Assembly: GCA_042577045.1 (NCBI GenBank)
Contig: JBHPEK010000004.1
Span: 1 to 46,545, forward strand
Direction: 5' to 3'
DNA: 46,545 nucleotides
Origin: Patescibacteria group bacterium
GTDB taxonomy: Bacteria; Patescibacteriota; Minisyncoccia; JAHISW01; Tagabacteraceae
The position numbers and the translations under genes were made by a program. The notes under the pieces were generated by a model. That model ran no database searches. It saw nothing but the letters and a program-made list of their open reading frames with translations, and was not told where the DNA came from. Numbering within the stretch: position 1 is the first letter of the stretch; every line of letters begins with the position of its first letter. This document shows, piece by piece, positions 30,801 through 37,188 of this stretch.

Positions 30801-31597
30801 ATGTGTTAATAGATGATTTTGATTTGGAGAAAAATATTGATACGGAAACTTTAAAAATAATTTCTTTCCCAACAAACGGAACGGCAAAAATAACAGATAG
30901 TGGAATTATAATGTATACAGCAAATGAAAATTTTGTTGGACTGGATGGGTTGGAGTATTTAGTTTGTGATACAGAAGATAAATGTGACACCGCAACAGTC
31001 ACTTTTGATGTTTTTGCAGGTAATCATTTGTTGGATGCCGAAGGACACAAAGAATGCGAGGACTATTTAAAAAAGTATATTAAGATTGGCGCAGAAAATG
31101 ATTATGAGGAAGTTAAAAAAATGCAAAAATTCTTAATTTTCTATGAAAATAGGATGGACGCCGATATGAATGGAATTTTTGACCAACATCATTGTGACAT
31201 TGTGCTTGAATTCCAAAGTAAATATGCAGAAGATATTTTAGAGCCATGGGGATTAGAAAAACCTACTGGTTATGTTTACGAAACAACAATTAAAAAAATC
31301 AATGAACTTTATTGTTTTGCATCCTGCCGCCCTTATTTAACTGACTTCATAAAATACAGGGGGCAAAATGATGCAAATCAAGTTAAAAAGCTTCAAAAGT
31401 TTTTGAAAGATTATGAGGGGCACGAAGGAGTTGTAGAAACCGGCATTTATGACAAAATAACTTACGATGCAGTGTTAAATTTTCAGAAAAAATATTCTAA
31501 GGACATTTTGGGCTACTGGAGCTTGGCACAACCAACCGGGTATGTTTATAAAACAACAGTAAAAAAAATAAACGAACTTTATTGCAAGAATAAGTAG
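27890..31597 (+). CDS. Large surface protein: DUF11-like domain, tandem ~95-aa Ig/cadherin-like repeats, two C-terminal peptidoglycan-binding-like repeats
   Basis: Signal peptide; 'DLSISKTVD...GDTITYTITV.N'; repeated 'NDAP.A..D...YTP...F.GTD.F.Y.VCD'; two copies of 'VKK.QKFL...G.FD....V..FQ.KY..DIL..W.L..PTGYVY.TT.KKINELYC'. Confidence 0.88.
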   Translation: MNSFLKNNFKIICFIVFLSVFSFSIFIDYSSAQGKGGGQEVNLVLSHIECAEEQGQVEFHFVVNHLDKDASDFGTVSYTVNSQNFTADFDKLTGKTAHYLSYISYTSSSYDVSSASVTVEGEALTLHNLQNKELSCQTEVDLSISKTVDNASPSAGDTITYTITVQNNSSFGTENVIAEDQLPAGITYQSHSTSQGSYDQGSGAWNIGQLNDSSSATLDITVLVDDSSAGMDIENVGSVVSSDTPDSSLENNYDDALITISFIAPVAHDDDYSVDEDEILHIDAPGPLSNDEHIDQGAITAVIANHPSHGEITFHDSGEFTYTPAEDYNGTDSFTYEVCGDHSLCNTATVAITINSVNDAPVASGDLATTVEGQPVTINVIHDDHDVDDNLDPSSVSIVDLPTNGIAVPNTDGTVVYTPNDGFVGTDIFTYSVCDTEGLCSEVSSEVSVLVLSEEGASLIAVGDLTTIDEGSSAIISVLLNDIYTGEGELYLDSILESPTHGEITINEGGTITYTPEEDFFGTDYFTYVVCDNLDPQICAESDEGTITVNGVNDAPIANDDVVAIEENETIVIHVTHDDIDMDNNLDETSLSLESSPSSGTAEAHIDGTISYTPHKDYTGSDEFMYKICDEGEMCDTARVSVSIIGAVHAPTANNDYISVIGSESVQINVLENDESESGNLYVDRILNDALFGTSVLNGDNTITYTPNEEYYGEDEIVYIACSEPDVCAQAEIFITVSEMNHAPEAHDDIASTFKNETVVINVIHDDIDVDNNIDPSSVSITSGVMNGRLTENDDGTISYTPDPGFGGTDTFKYKVCDTDGLCSEVHATVEVSVIEKPKTNTSGSGGGGGGSSIVVPIGIDDEGSVFRHEVLLVDPLANDLPLNSSYLFVSRISYEPLYGTVEINEDNTISYFPDGEYVGVDRFDYVVCDSRVSRLCSDAEVVVTVSEDDTAPIAQDDFVSVHENGSAEIDVLIDDFDLEKNIDTETLKIISFPTNGTAKITDSGIIMYTANENFVGLDGLEYLVCDTEDKCDTATVTFDVFAGNHLLDAEGHKECEDYLKKYIKIGAENDYEEVKKMQKFLIFYENRMDADMNGIFDQHHCDIVLEFQSKYAEDILEPWGLEKPTGYVYETTIKKINELYCFASCRPYLTDFIKYRGQNDANQVKKLQKFLKDYEGHEGVVETGIYDKITYDAVLNFQKKYSKDILGYWSLAQPTGYVYKTTVKKINELYCKNK

Positions 31598-31622
31598 TTT
31601 TTATTTTAAGCCAAAGATAATC

Positions 31623-31659
31623 TTGGGACTACACGATACCGAGTATCGTGTAGTTGTGT
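31623..31659 (+). repeat. 37-bp palindromic direct repeat, left boundary of the DGR cassette
   Basis: ttgggactacacgataccgagtatcgtgtagttgtgt, identical to 34607-34643. Confidence 0.93.
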
Positions 31660-31699
31660 AAGAAAGGAAACAAAAGTGTGTGGACATTACCACAACCAC

Positions 31700-31727
31700 T
31701 TGACAAATTATGTGGTTCGTGTATAAT
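31700..31727 (+). promoter_or_regulatory. Sigma70 promoter of the DGR target gene
   Basis: TTGACA-16 nt-TATAAT. Confidence 0.7.
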
Positions 31728-31903
31728 ATGGGTTAGAATCTAAATTAGTGAAAAGAACTTTAAAATAAATTACTTGCAAGACATTGGTCACAGCCAAAAG
31801 GTGTTTAATTATAGACACTTCCTGGCTGTGACCACAATGGTTAAGCCCCTTATCTCACGGGTAGTGAGGAAACTATCAGCGAACAGCTGAAAGGAGAGAA
31901 ATC

Positions 31904-32515
31904 ATGAAATACGGTGAATTGAATTTCGGACAAGTGGAAGCAATCGTCAACAAGCTCGGTGGTATGGAGGGAGTTGATCGCTTTCTCCGCGGAGAAACCA
32001 CGATCTCCGAACCGGAGCACTCTTGGCGCGAACAAGACGGCGTAATCTACTTCTCGGTCACCAGCGACGGTACAACCGGTGAGGAATGGATCAAGCGTCT
32101 GGAAAGCAAGGGCTTCCGCGTAAGCGACTACGCCAAAAGCGTACTGCGTTCCTCGGACTTCAGGCCGACCGATGGAGTGAAGACCGAAATCGTTGTTCTT
32201 AAGGGAATGCTGTTCTCGGACAAGAATCGTGTAACGAAGAAGATCCGTGCCGAGGCCGACAAGCGAAAGCTCACCAAGCCGAACACCGAAGTCGCTTGTC
32301 TCATCCGTGAGAAGTTTACGGATGAGGAAATCGAAGCCATGGGTCTCTGGGGGATCGTCGCAATGCACGAGCCCATCAAGGATTCCGACGGTGATCCGAA
32401 CCTGCTCCTCGCGCTCCGGTATGGTGGCGGCAGGTGGCTCTACGCGTTTTGCGACTACCCTGGCCTCAGGTGGTTTCGTGGGCACGGGTTTGCCTTCGTC
32501 GCTTCGCAAGTATAG
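31904..32515 (+). CDS. DGR target (variable) protein, probable C-type-lectin-like C-terminus
   Basis: SD AAGGAG; 3' end carries the VR and ends in 'GFAFVASQV'; no signal peptide or TM seen; fold is inferred. Confidence 0.9.
   Translation: MKYGELNFGQVEAIVNKLGGMEGVDRFLRGETTISEPEHSWREQDGVIYFSVTSDGTTGEEWIKRLESKGFRVSDYAKSVLRSSDFRPTDGVKTEIVVLKGMLFSDKNRVTKKIRAEADKRKLTKPNTEVACLIREKFTDEEIEAMGLWGIVAMHEPIKDSDGDPNLLLALRYGGGRWLYAFCDYPGLRWFRGHGFAFVASQV
32383..32509 (+). repeat. DGR variable repeat (VR)
   Basis: 127-bp ungapped match to 32821-32947 with 18 mismatches, all opposite a TR adenine. Confidence 0.96.
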
Positions 32516-32541
32516 CGCTTAGCACTTTGACACTTAGTCCT

Positions 32542-32572
32542 AATCCCTATGTACCTTTGGTACATAGGGATT
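32542..32572. promoter_or_regulatory. Perfect hairpin downstream of VR (DGR target-recognition stem-loop and/or terminator)
   Basis: aatccctatgtacc-ttt-ggtacatagggatt, 14-bp stem, followed by a T run. Confidence 0.75.
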
Positions 32573-32820
32573 TTTTTGATAAAATAAAAATGGTACTAGG
32601 TGAATATGCGGACGGTAACGGCTTTCCGCTACCGAATCCAGTAATATGACAGATCGAGAATATTTCTGGCCACGGCTTGAAACAGAGTGATCTGTATGAA
32701 CTTTCAAAAAAGAAAATACTTGGTGTAAGATACTGGAGTATTTTAGATACCAAATAATATTCAGTCTTGAGATCGTTATGTGACTTCTATGGACAGTGGC
32801 ACAGAGGGTGTCTTACACAT

Positions 32821-32947
32821 TTCCGACGGTGATCCGAACCTGCTCAACGCGAACCGGAATGATGACGGCAGGTGGCTCAACGCGTATTACGACAACCCTG
32901 ACAACAGGTGGAATCGTGAGAACGGGTTTGCCTTCGTCGCTTCGCAA
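32821..32947 (+). ncRNA. DGR template repeat (TR)
   Basis: AAC/AAT-rich invariant copy of the VR (reads N A N R N D D ... in the VR frame). Confidence 0.95.
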
Positions 32948-32964
32948 CTCTTTTTTTTCTCTCC

Positions 32965-33312
32965 CTATTTGGGAGAGTTTTGTTTTGTTACGCTCCCATA
33001 CCATCCTCCGAGCATTTTTCCAATGCTGTCTAACTTTAATGAGAGAGCGATGTATTTTTTGTTGTCTAAAGTCTTAGTCTCCCAAAGAATCATTAGTAAG
33101 ATTTTCAATGTATCTAATTTCCGTATGGCGAGGCGAATATATGGTGCCTTTTCATTTTGTTTTAAAAAACTAGCGAAAGAAACTATTTCGATAGCATCGA
33201 TGAAATACTTATCTATTTTTTTACCCAGAGAGTGCCTGTGTAATTTAGGTAGATCTTTATAATAAGTAAACCACAACAAATATATCTCTTTTAACCTTTG
33301 CAACACTGGCAA
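32965..33312 (-). CDS. avd: Avd-like four-helix-bundle accessory protein
   Basis: Basic 115-aa helical protein, 'LPK..R.SLG..I', C-terminal 'IGKMLGGW'; lies between TR and RT; true start uncertain because of the G11 tract. Confidence 0.85.
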   Translation of the reverse strand: MPVLQRLKEIYLLWFTYYKDLPKLHRHSLGKKIDKYFIDAIEIVSFASFLKQNEKAPYIRLAIRKLDTLKILLMILWETKTLDNKKYIALSLKLDSIGKMLGGWYGSVTKQNSPK

Positions 33313-33319
33313 AAGTCTC

Positions 33320-33330
33320 GGGGGGGGGGG
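33320..33330. repeat. G11 homopolymer between avd and RT
   Basis: ctc-G11-tagtatt. Confidence 0.9.
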
Positions 33331-33343
33331 TAGTATTATAAGT

Positions 33344-34366
33344 ATGAGAAAGATTTTTATTCATACTTATAATGATATCATTTCTGTCGAAAATTTACTC
33401 GAAGGTTGGAGTGAATTTTTAGGGGGTAAACGTTCACGTGATGATGTACAGAAGTTTGAACAAAATTTGATGTTGAACATTATTGACTTACACAATGTTC
33501 TTGTTAATAAGACATATAAACATTCTAAGTATGAAGCTTTTAATATATCCGATCCTAAGCCACGAAATATACATAAAGCAAAGGTGAGAGATAGGTTATT
33601 GCACCATGCTATTTATAGAAAACTGTACCCGTTTTTTGATAGTAAGTTTATTGCTGATTCTTATTCTTGCAGAAATGAAAAAGGAACACATAGGGCAATA
33701 AACCGTTTAAGAGATTTTACACGTATTGTTTCCAAGAATAATACGAAGACAGTTTGGGTTTTAAAATGTGATATAAGGAAGTTTTTTGCCAGTATTGATC
33801 ACGAGGTTTTAATTAAAATTATCAACAAGTACATTTTAGACAAACAAATTATCTGGTTGTTGTCCGTAATTATAAGAAGTTTTCATGCAACAGAAAGAAA
33901 TGTTGGTTTACCGTTGGGCAACTTAACTTCACAATTGTTCGTAAATATATATATGAATGAATTCGATCAATTTATGAAGCATAAAATTAAAGCAAAATAT
34001 TATATCCGATATGCTGATGATTTTGTGATATTGTCTCATTACAAGGATTGGCTTGAGTTATTATTGCCACAAATAAAAACTTTTCTCAGCGAAGAACTAA
34101 AATTGGAATTACATCCGAAAAAAGTATCAATAGAAACTATTGCATCAGGAGTAGATTTTCTTGGGTGGATTCATTTTCCTAGGTACAGGATATTAAGAAC
34201 GGTGACAAAGAGACGTATATTTCGTGGGATACAAGACAAAAACGCGAAACCTAAGACTGTCCAGTCTTATCTTGGTTTAATAAGTCATGGTAATAGCAAA
34301 AAGATACAACAAAAGATAGAAAATTTTATTTGCGAAATTAACTCATTCTATTTTGTTGAAAAATAA
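33344..34366 (+). CDS. DGR reverse transcriptase
   Basis: 'PKPRNI', 'RDRLLHHA', 'LKCDIRKFFASIDH', 'GLPLGNLTSQ', YADD, 'DFLGW'; 340 aa with no maturase or endonuclease extension. Confidence 0.96.
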   Translation: MRKIFIHTYNDIISVENLLEGWSEFLGGKRSRDDVQKFEQNLMLNIIDLHNVLVNKTYKHSKYEAFNISDPKPRNIHKAKVRDRLLHHAIYRKLYPFFDSKFIADSYSCRNEKGTHRAINRLRDFTRIVSKNNTKTVWVLKCDIRKFFASIDHEVLIKIINKYILDKQIIWLLSVIIRSFHATERNVGLPLGNLTSQLFVNIYMNEFDQFMKHKIKAKYYIRYADDFVILSHYKDWLELLLPQIKTFLSEELKLELHPKKVSIETIASGVDFLGWIHFPRYRILRTVTKRRIFRGIQDKNAKPKTVQSYLGLISHGNSKKIQQKIENFICEINSFYFVEK

Positions 34367-34392
34367 TGTGGAAATAAAGCCTTAATTTACCC

Positions 34393-34430
34393 AATGAGAC
34401 ACCATAAAACACCTATTATGGTGTCTCATT
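34393..34430. repeat. Perfect 15-bp inverted repeat after RT
   Basis: aatgagacaccataa-N8-ttatggtgtctcatt. Confidence 0.8.
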
Positions 34431-34582
34431 TGTCTCATTTTCTCTGAAAATCTAGGGTTTCTCCGACCAACCCAGGGTAGAGAAGTCCAAAATCAAGAAC
34501 CCTTGTGGGGTCTTGCTGGAATTTGGTTCACGACCAAGGTAGGGAGCCAGGGATTTTATTTATACAAACTTCAAACTTTTTT

Positions 34583-34605
34583 AAACCGAAACCTGGTTTC
34601 GGTTT
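34583..34605. repeat. Variant of the RAYT-flanking REP
   Basis: aaaccgaaac-ctg-gtttcggttt, compared with aaccgaaat-ccg-atttcggtt. Confidence 0.7.
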
Positions 34606-34606
34606 T

Positions 34607-34643
34607 TTGGGACTACACGATACCGAGTATCGTGTAGTTGTGT
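34607..34643 (+). repeat. 37-bp palindromic direct repeat, right boundary of the DGR cassette
   Basis: Identical to 31623-31659. Confidence 0.93.
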
Positions 34644-34761
34644 CGGCTAATTCTGGAACAGGGCAGGCAGGCGCATCCAGTTGGGAGAGCTAGTCATTGA
34701 CATAGTTTTTACAACCATGCTATTTTTATTTTTAGAAAAAGAATTTTTAAGGAGGATTTGA

Positions 34762-35193
34762 ATGACCCCATATGCAATGGAATGTGTTTCAGAGGAAGAC
34801 GTTGTTGTTTTTGAAAAAATTAGAAATGCCATTTGGGAGCTTCCCGACATAGACTTGGGGGTTGATGAGAAGGGTAATAAAATTATTCTTTCCTGCCATA
34901 TTTTAGCGAGAGCTGTAGCAAAAGTTTTTTCTTTGAAATATGTTGATGGATATTTCTTGCCAAATTTTTCTCACAGTTGGGTTTTGTCGCCAAATAATCA
35001 TTTGATAGATGTTTATCCGGTTGCCGTGTTGGGTGGCCCAATTTTAATGGTTGAAGATTATGGCGCGTCGCCGATAAAATGGCATTATAAAAAAATAAGT
35101 ACAAGAAAAATATCTAGTGGTTTGTTTTCGAAACCGTCATTTCGCAGATCTGTGAGACGAGTAGAAAATATTTTAAGAAAAAGCCTGAAGTAA
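34762..35193 (+). CDS. Hypothetical protein (transglutaminase-like C..H..D pattern)
   Basis: SD AAGGAGG; 'SCHILARA...HSWV...LIDVYP'; terminator-like hairpin at about 35178-35209. Confidence 0.65.
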   Translation: MTPYAMECVSEEDVVVFEKIRNAIWELPDIDLGVDEKGNKIILSCHILARAVAKVFSLKYVDGYFLPNFSHSWVLSPNNHLIDVYPVAVLGGPILMVEDYGASPIKWHYKKISTRKISSGLFSKPSFRRSVRRVENILRKSLK

Positions 35194-35315
35194 TCCTCAG
35201 GCTTTTTTTATTTCCACATAATTTATATTTTAGTTCTATAAACTTTTTGATATAATAAATTTAAAGGAGTAGTTTAAAGGTCGAGTTTTTTTATTAATTA
35301 AATATTAGAAAAATT

Positions 35316-35522
35316 ATGAACAAGTTAAATGTTTTAGATTGGATTCTATTAATCTTGGTTGTTATTGGTGGATTGAACTGGGGGCTAGTTGGAATTTTTA
35401 ATTTTGATTTAGTTGCCACAATATTTGGTGACATGTCTATTTTGTCGCGCATTGTTTACACCTTGGTTGGGTTGTCTGCAATTTATATTTTAATCATCTC
35501 TGGTAAATTATCTAAGAAATAA
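35316..35522 (+). CDS. DUF378-family small membrane protein
   Basis: 'LVVIGGLNWGLVGIFNFDLVATIFG...RIVYTLVGLSA'. Confidence 0.9.
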   Translation: MNKLNVLDWILLILVVIGGLNWGLVGIFNFDLVATIFGDMSILSRIVYTLVGLSAIYILIISGKLSKK

Positions 35523-35768
35523 AAAATTTCCAACTTTAAGTAGTTTAGTGTGTTTAAGGGAAACTTAAATGCTTTTTTGGTGTAACAAGTGAAAAAAATA
35601 CCGACAATTACCAAAGTAAGAAAATACTGAAAACCAAACTTTATTGTTGGAACATAATTTTTATTTTTGTCAAGATTGTATTTTTTACAATAAAAAATAC
35701 AATAATTTAATCGAATGAAGACCCCTGATTTCGTGGTCGCTTATTAACAAAATAAATTGTTTTTCAAA

Positions 35769-35903
35769 ATGACTACAGAAGAACTTTTTTTAGATGATGA
35801 GATCTTTGCAATGGACGATGACGATGATACAGATGTAGAGATTAACGAAGATGATGAAGAAGTAGAAGAAAGTGATGACGATGGTGACGACGAGGATGAA
35901 TAG
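35769..35903 (+). CDS. Very acidic 44-aa small protein (not in the ORF track)
   Basis: MTTEELFLDDEIFAMDDDDDTDVEINEDDEEVEESDDDGDDEDE, followed by a terminator. Confidence 0.6.
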   Translation: MTTEELFLDDEIFAMDDDDDTDVEINEDDEEVEESDDDGDDEDE

Positions 35904-35913
35904 ATAGTTTTTT

Positions 35914-35948
35914 AGAAACACCTTGCATTACTGCAAGGTGTTTCTTTT
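35914..35948 (+). terminator. Intrinsic terminator
   Basis: agaaacaccttgca-ttac-tgcaaggtgtttct followed by T's. Confidence 0.8.
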
Positions 35949-36019
35949 GTTGTCTTGACTTATAATTAAAAATGTGCCAAAATTAAATAAATTAACTTTA
36001 ATTAAACAAATAAAAAAGT

Positions 36020-36556
36020 ATGGGAAATTTTAAACGAGATGGGGGAAGACGTGACATGCACAAAGCTACTTGTGGTAAATGTGGTGCTAGTTGCGAGGTT
36101 CCTTTTAGGCCCACTGGAGACCGACCAGTCTTTTGTAGTAATTGTTTTGAAAAACAAGGAAATGGCGGTGAAAGACCTAGCAAATTCGGTGACAAACGAC
36201 CACAAGGAAGATCCAATTTTGGTGGCGATAGACCTATGTACAGTGTTGTTTGTGATAAATGTGGTAAATCTTGCCAAGTACCTTTTAGGCCTACCGCCGG
36301 TAAATCTATTTTTTGCGATGATTGTTTTAAGCAGGACAGGGGTGGCAGTAAAGGATCTGGAGAGGTTGCAGAACAAATAGGGCTATTAAATACTAAAATG
36401 GATAAGTTGATAGAAATGTTAACACCTAAAACTACGTCTAAAAAAGTTTTAACGAAAAAGCCAGAAAAAACTACCAAGCCGAAAGTCAAAAAGGTAAAAG
36501 CAAAAACTAAAGCAAAAGTTGCTAAGAAAAAAACTCCACTCAAAAAGAAAAAGTAA
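36020..36556 (+). CDS. Double CxxC-x17-CxxC zinc-ribbon protein with Lys-rich tail
   Basis: Two copies of 'C.KCG.SC.VPFRPT...(V/I)FC..CF'; histone-like C-terminus. Confidence 0.9.
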   Translation: MGNFKRDGGRRDMHKATCGKCGASCEVPFRPTGDRPVFCSNCFEKQGNGGERPSKFGDKRPQGRSNFGGDRPMYSVVCDKCGKSCQVPFRPTAGKSIFCDDCFKQDRGGSKGSGEVAEQIGLLNTKMDKLIEMLTPKTTSKKVLTKKPEKTTKPKVKKVKAKTKAKVAKKKTPLKKKK

Positions 36557-36609
36557 AAGACACTAGCAGACTTTTTTTATACAGTAAATAATGTATACTT
36601 ATTTGTATT

Positions 36610-36729
36610 ATGGCAAAAAGAGAAACAGGAGTGGGAAAGATGAAAACATCTCGCTCAAAAAAGACAAAAAAACGCTTAGCAATAAAGCGTGAAATGTTGT
36701 CTAAGCGAGCTCAAAAAAGGCGAAAATAA
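36610..36729 (+). CDS. Very basic 39-aa small protein (not in the ORF track)
   Basis: MAKRETGVGKMKTSRSKKTKKRLAIKREMLSKRAQKRRK. Confidence 0.5.
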   Translation: MAKRETGVGKMKTSRSKKTKKRLAIKREMLSKRAQKRRK

Positions 36730-36747
36730 GCCTATTTTTTTGGGGTA

Positions 36748-36776
36748 TTGACATTAAATTTTGGCTATGGTAGCAT
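36748..36776 (+). promoter_or_regulatory. Promoter of the cold-shock gene
   Basis: TTGACA-17 nt-(TGn)TAGCAT, followed by a structured leader of about 95 nt. Confidence 0.65.
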
Positions 36777-36875
36777 CGTAGTTAATCAAATCGTGGCTGA
36801 AAGAGAGACTGTAGTCAGGTTTTATTTTCCAGCATACCAGATTTGATTATTTATTAGGGTTATTTCTTTAAAATA

Positions 36876-37076
36876 ATGAACGAAGGAACAATCGCTCGAT
36901 TGACTGACAGAGGTTTTGGATTCATTACTCGTGAAGGAGAGGAAAAAGATCTTTTTTTCCACTCAAACGAACTTCAAGGAGTTGAATACAACGAACTGCA
37001 GGAAGGTGACAAGGTCACTTTCGAAGTGACAGAAGGTCCAAAAGGACTAAGTGCCACAAGTGTCAAGAAAGCGTAA
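36876..37076 (+). CDS. cspA: Cold-shock domain protein
   Basis: RNP1 'RGFGFI', RNP2 'LFFHSN', 'GPKG..A..V'. Confidence 0.93.
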   Translation: MNEGTIARLTDRGFGFITREGEEKDLFFHSNELQGVEYNELQEGDKVTFEVTEGPKGLSATSVKKA

Positions 37077-37084
37077 ACATTTCA

Positions 37085-37120
37085 AAAGTCCCCCGATATA
37101 CATCCGGGGGCTTTTGTTTT
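37085..37120 (+). terminator. Intrinsic terminator after csp
   Basis: aaaagtcccccg...cgggggcttttg GC stem followed by a T run. Confidence 0.7.
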
Positions 37121-37188
37121 TGTGGATGTTTTGCTAGTATAAAGACGAAAAAAATATTTTGACAATTTAAAAAAGGGGAGGTATCGAG

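Larger units (their letters stand above)
31904..34366 (+). mobile_element. Diversity-generating retroelement (target/VR, TR, avd, RT)
   Basis: VR/TR pair with adenine-only mismatches next to Avd-like and DGR-type RT genes. Confidence 0.96.

Noticed and set aside
31850-32649. Overlapping ORFs 31850-32509 (-), 32128-32379 (-), 32247-32522 (+) and 32434-32649 (+)
   Set aside because: Shadow ORFs of the GC-rich target gene, without motifs or translation signals.
32780-33262. 160-aa + strand ORF containing an Asn-rich copy of the target C-terminus
   Set aside because: It is the TR read in the VR frame running into the antisense of avd; no SD seen, and it is separated from RT by two TAA stops.
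33344-34366. RT as a group II intron, retron or CRISPR-associated RT
   Set aside because: It has the DGR-type GNLTSQ motif, no maturase or endonuclease extension, and an adjacent TR/VR and Avd.
27733-34643. 37-bp palindromic repeats as a CRISPR array
   Set aside because: The copies are kilobases apart, one is inverted, there are no regular spacers and no cas genes.
34505-34850. ORFs 34505-34693 (+) and 34647-34850 (-)
   Set aside because: They run through palindromic repeats or antisense to ORF 34762 and show no coding signals.
27168-35193. Prophage carrying the DGR
   Set aside because: No integrase, terminase, capsid or tail genes in the window.
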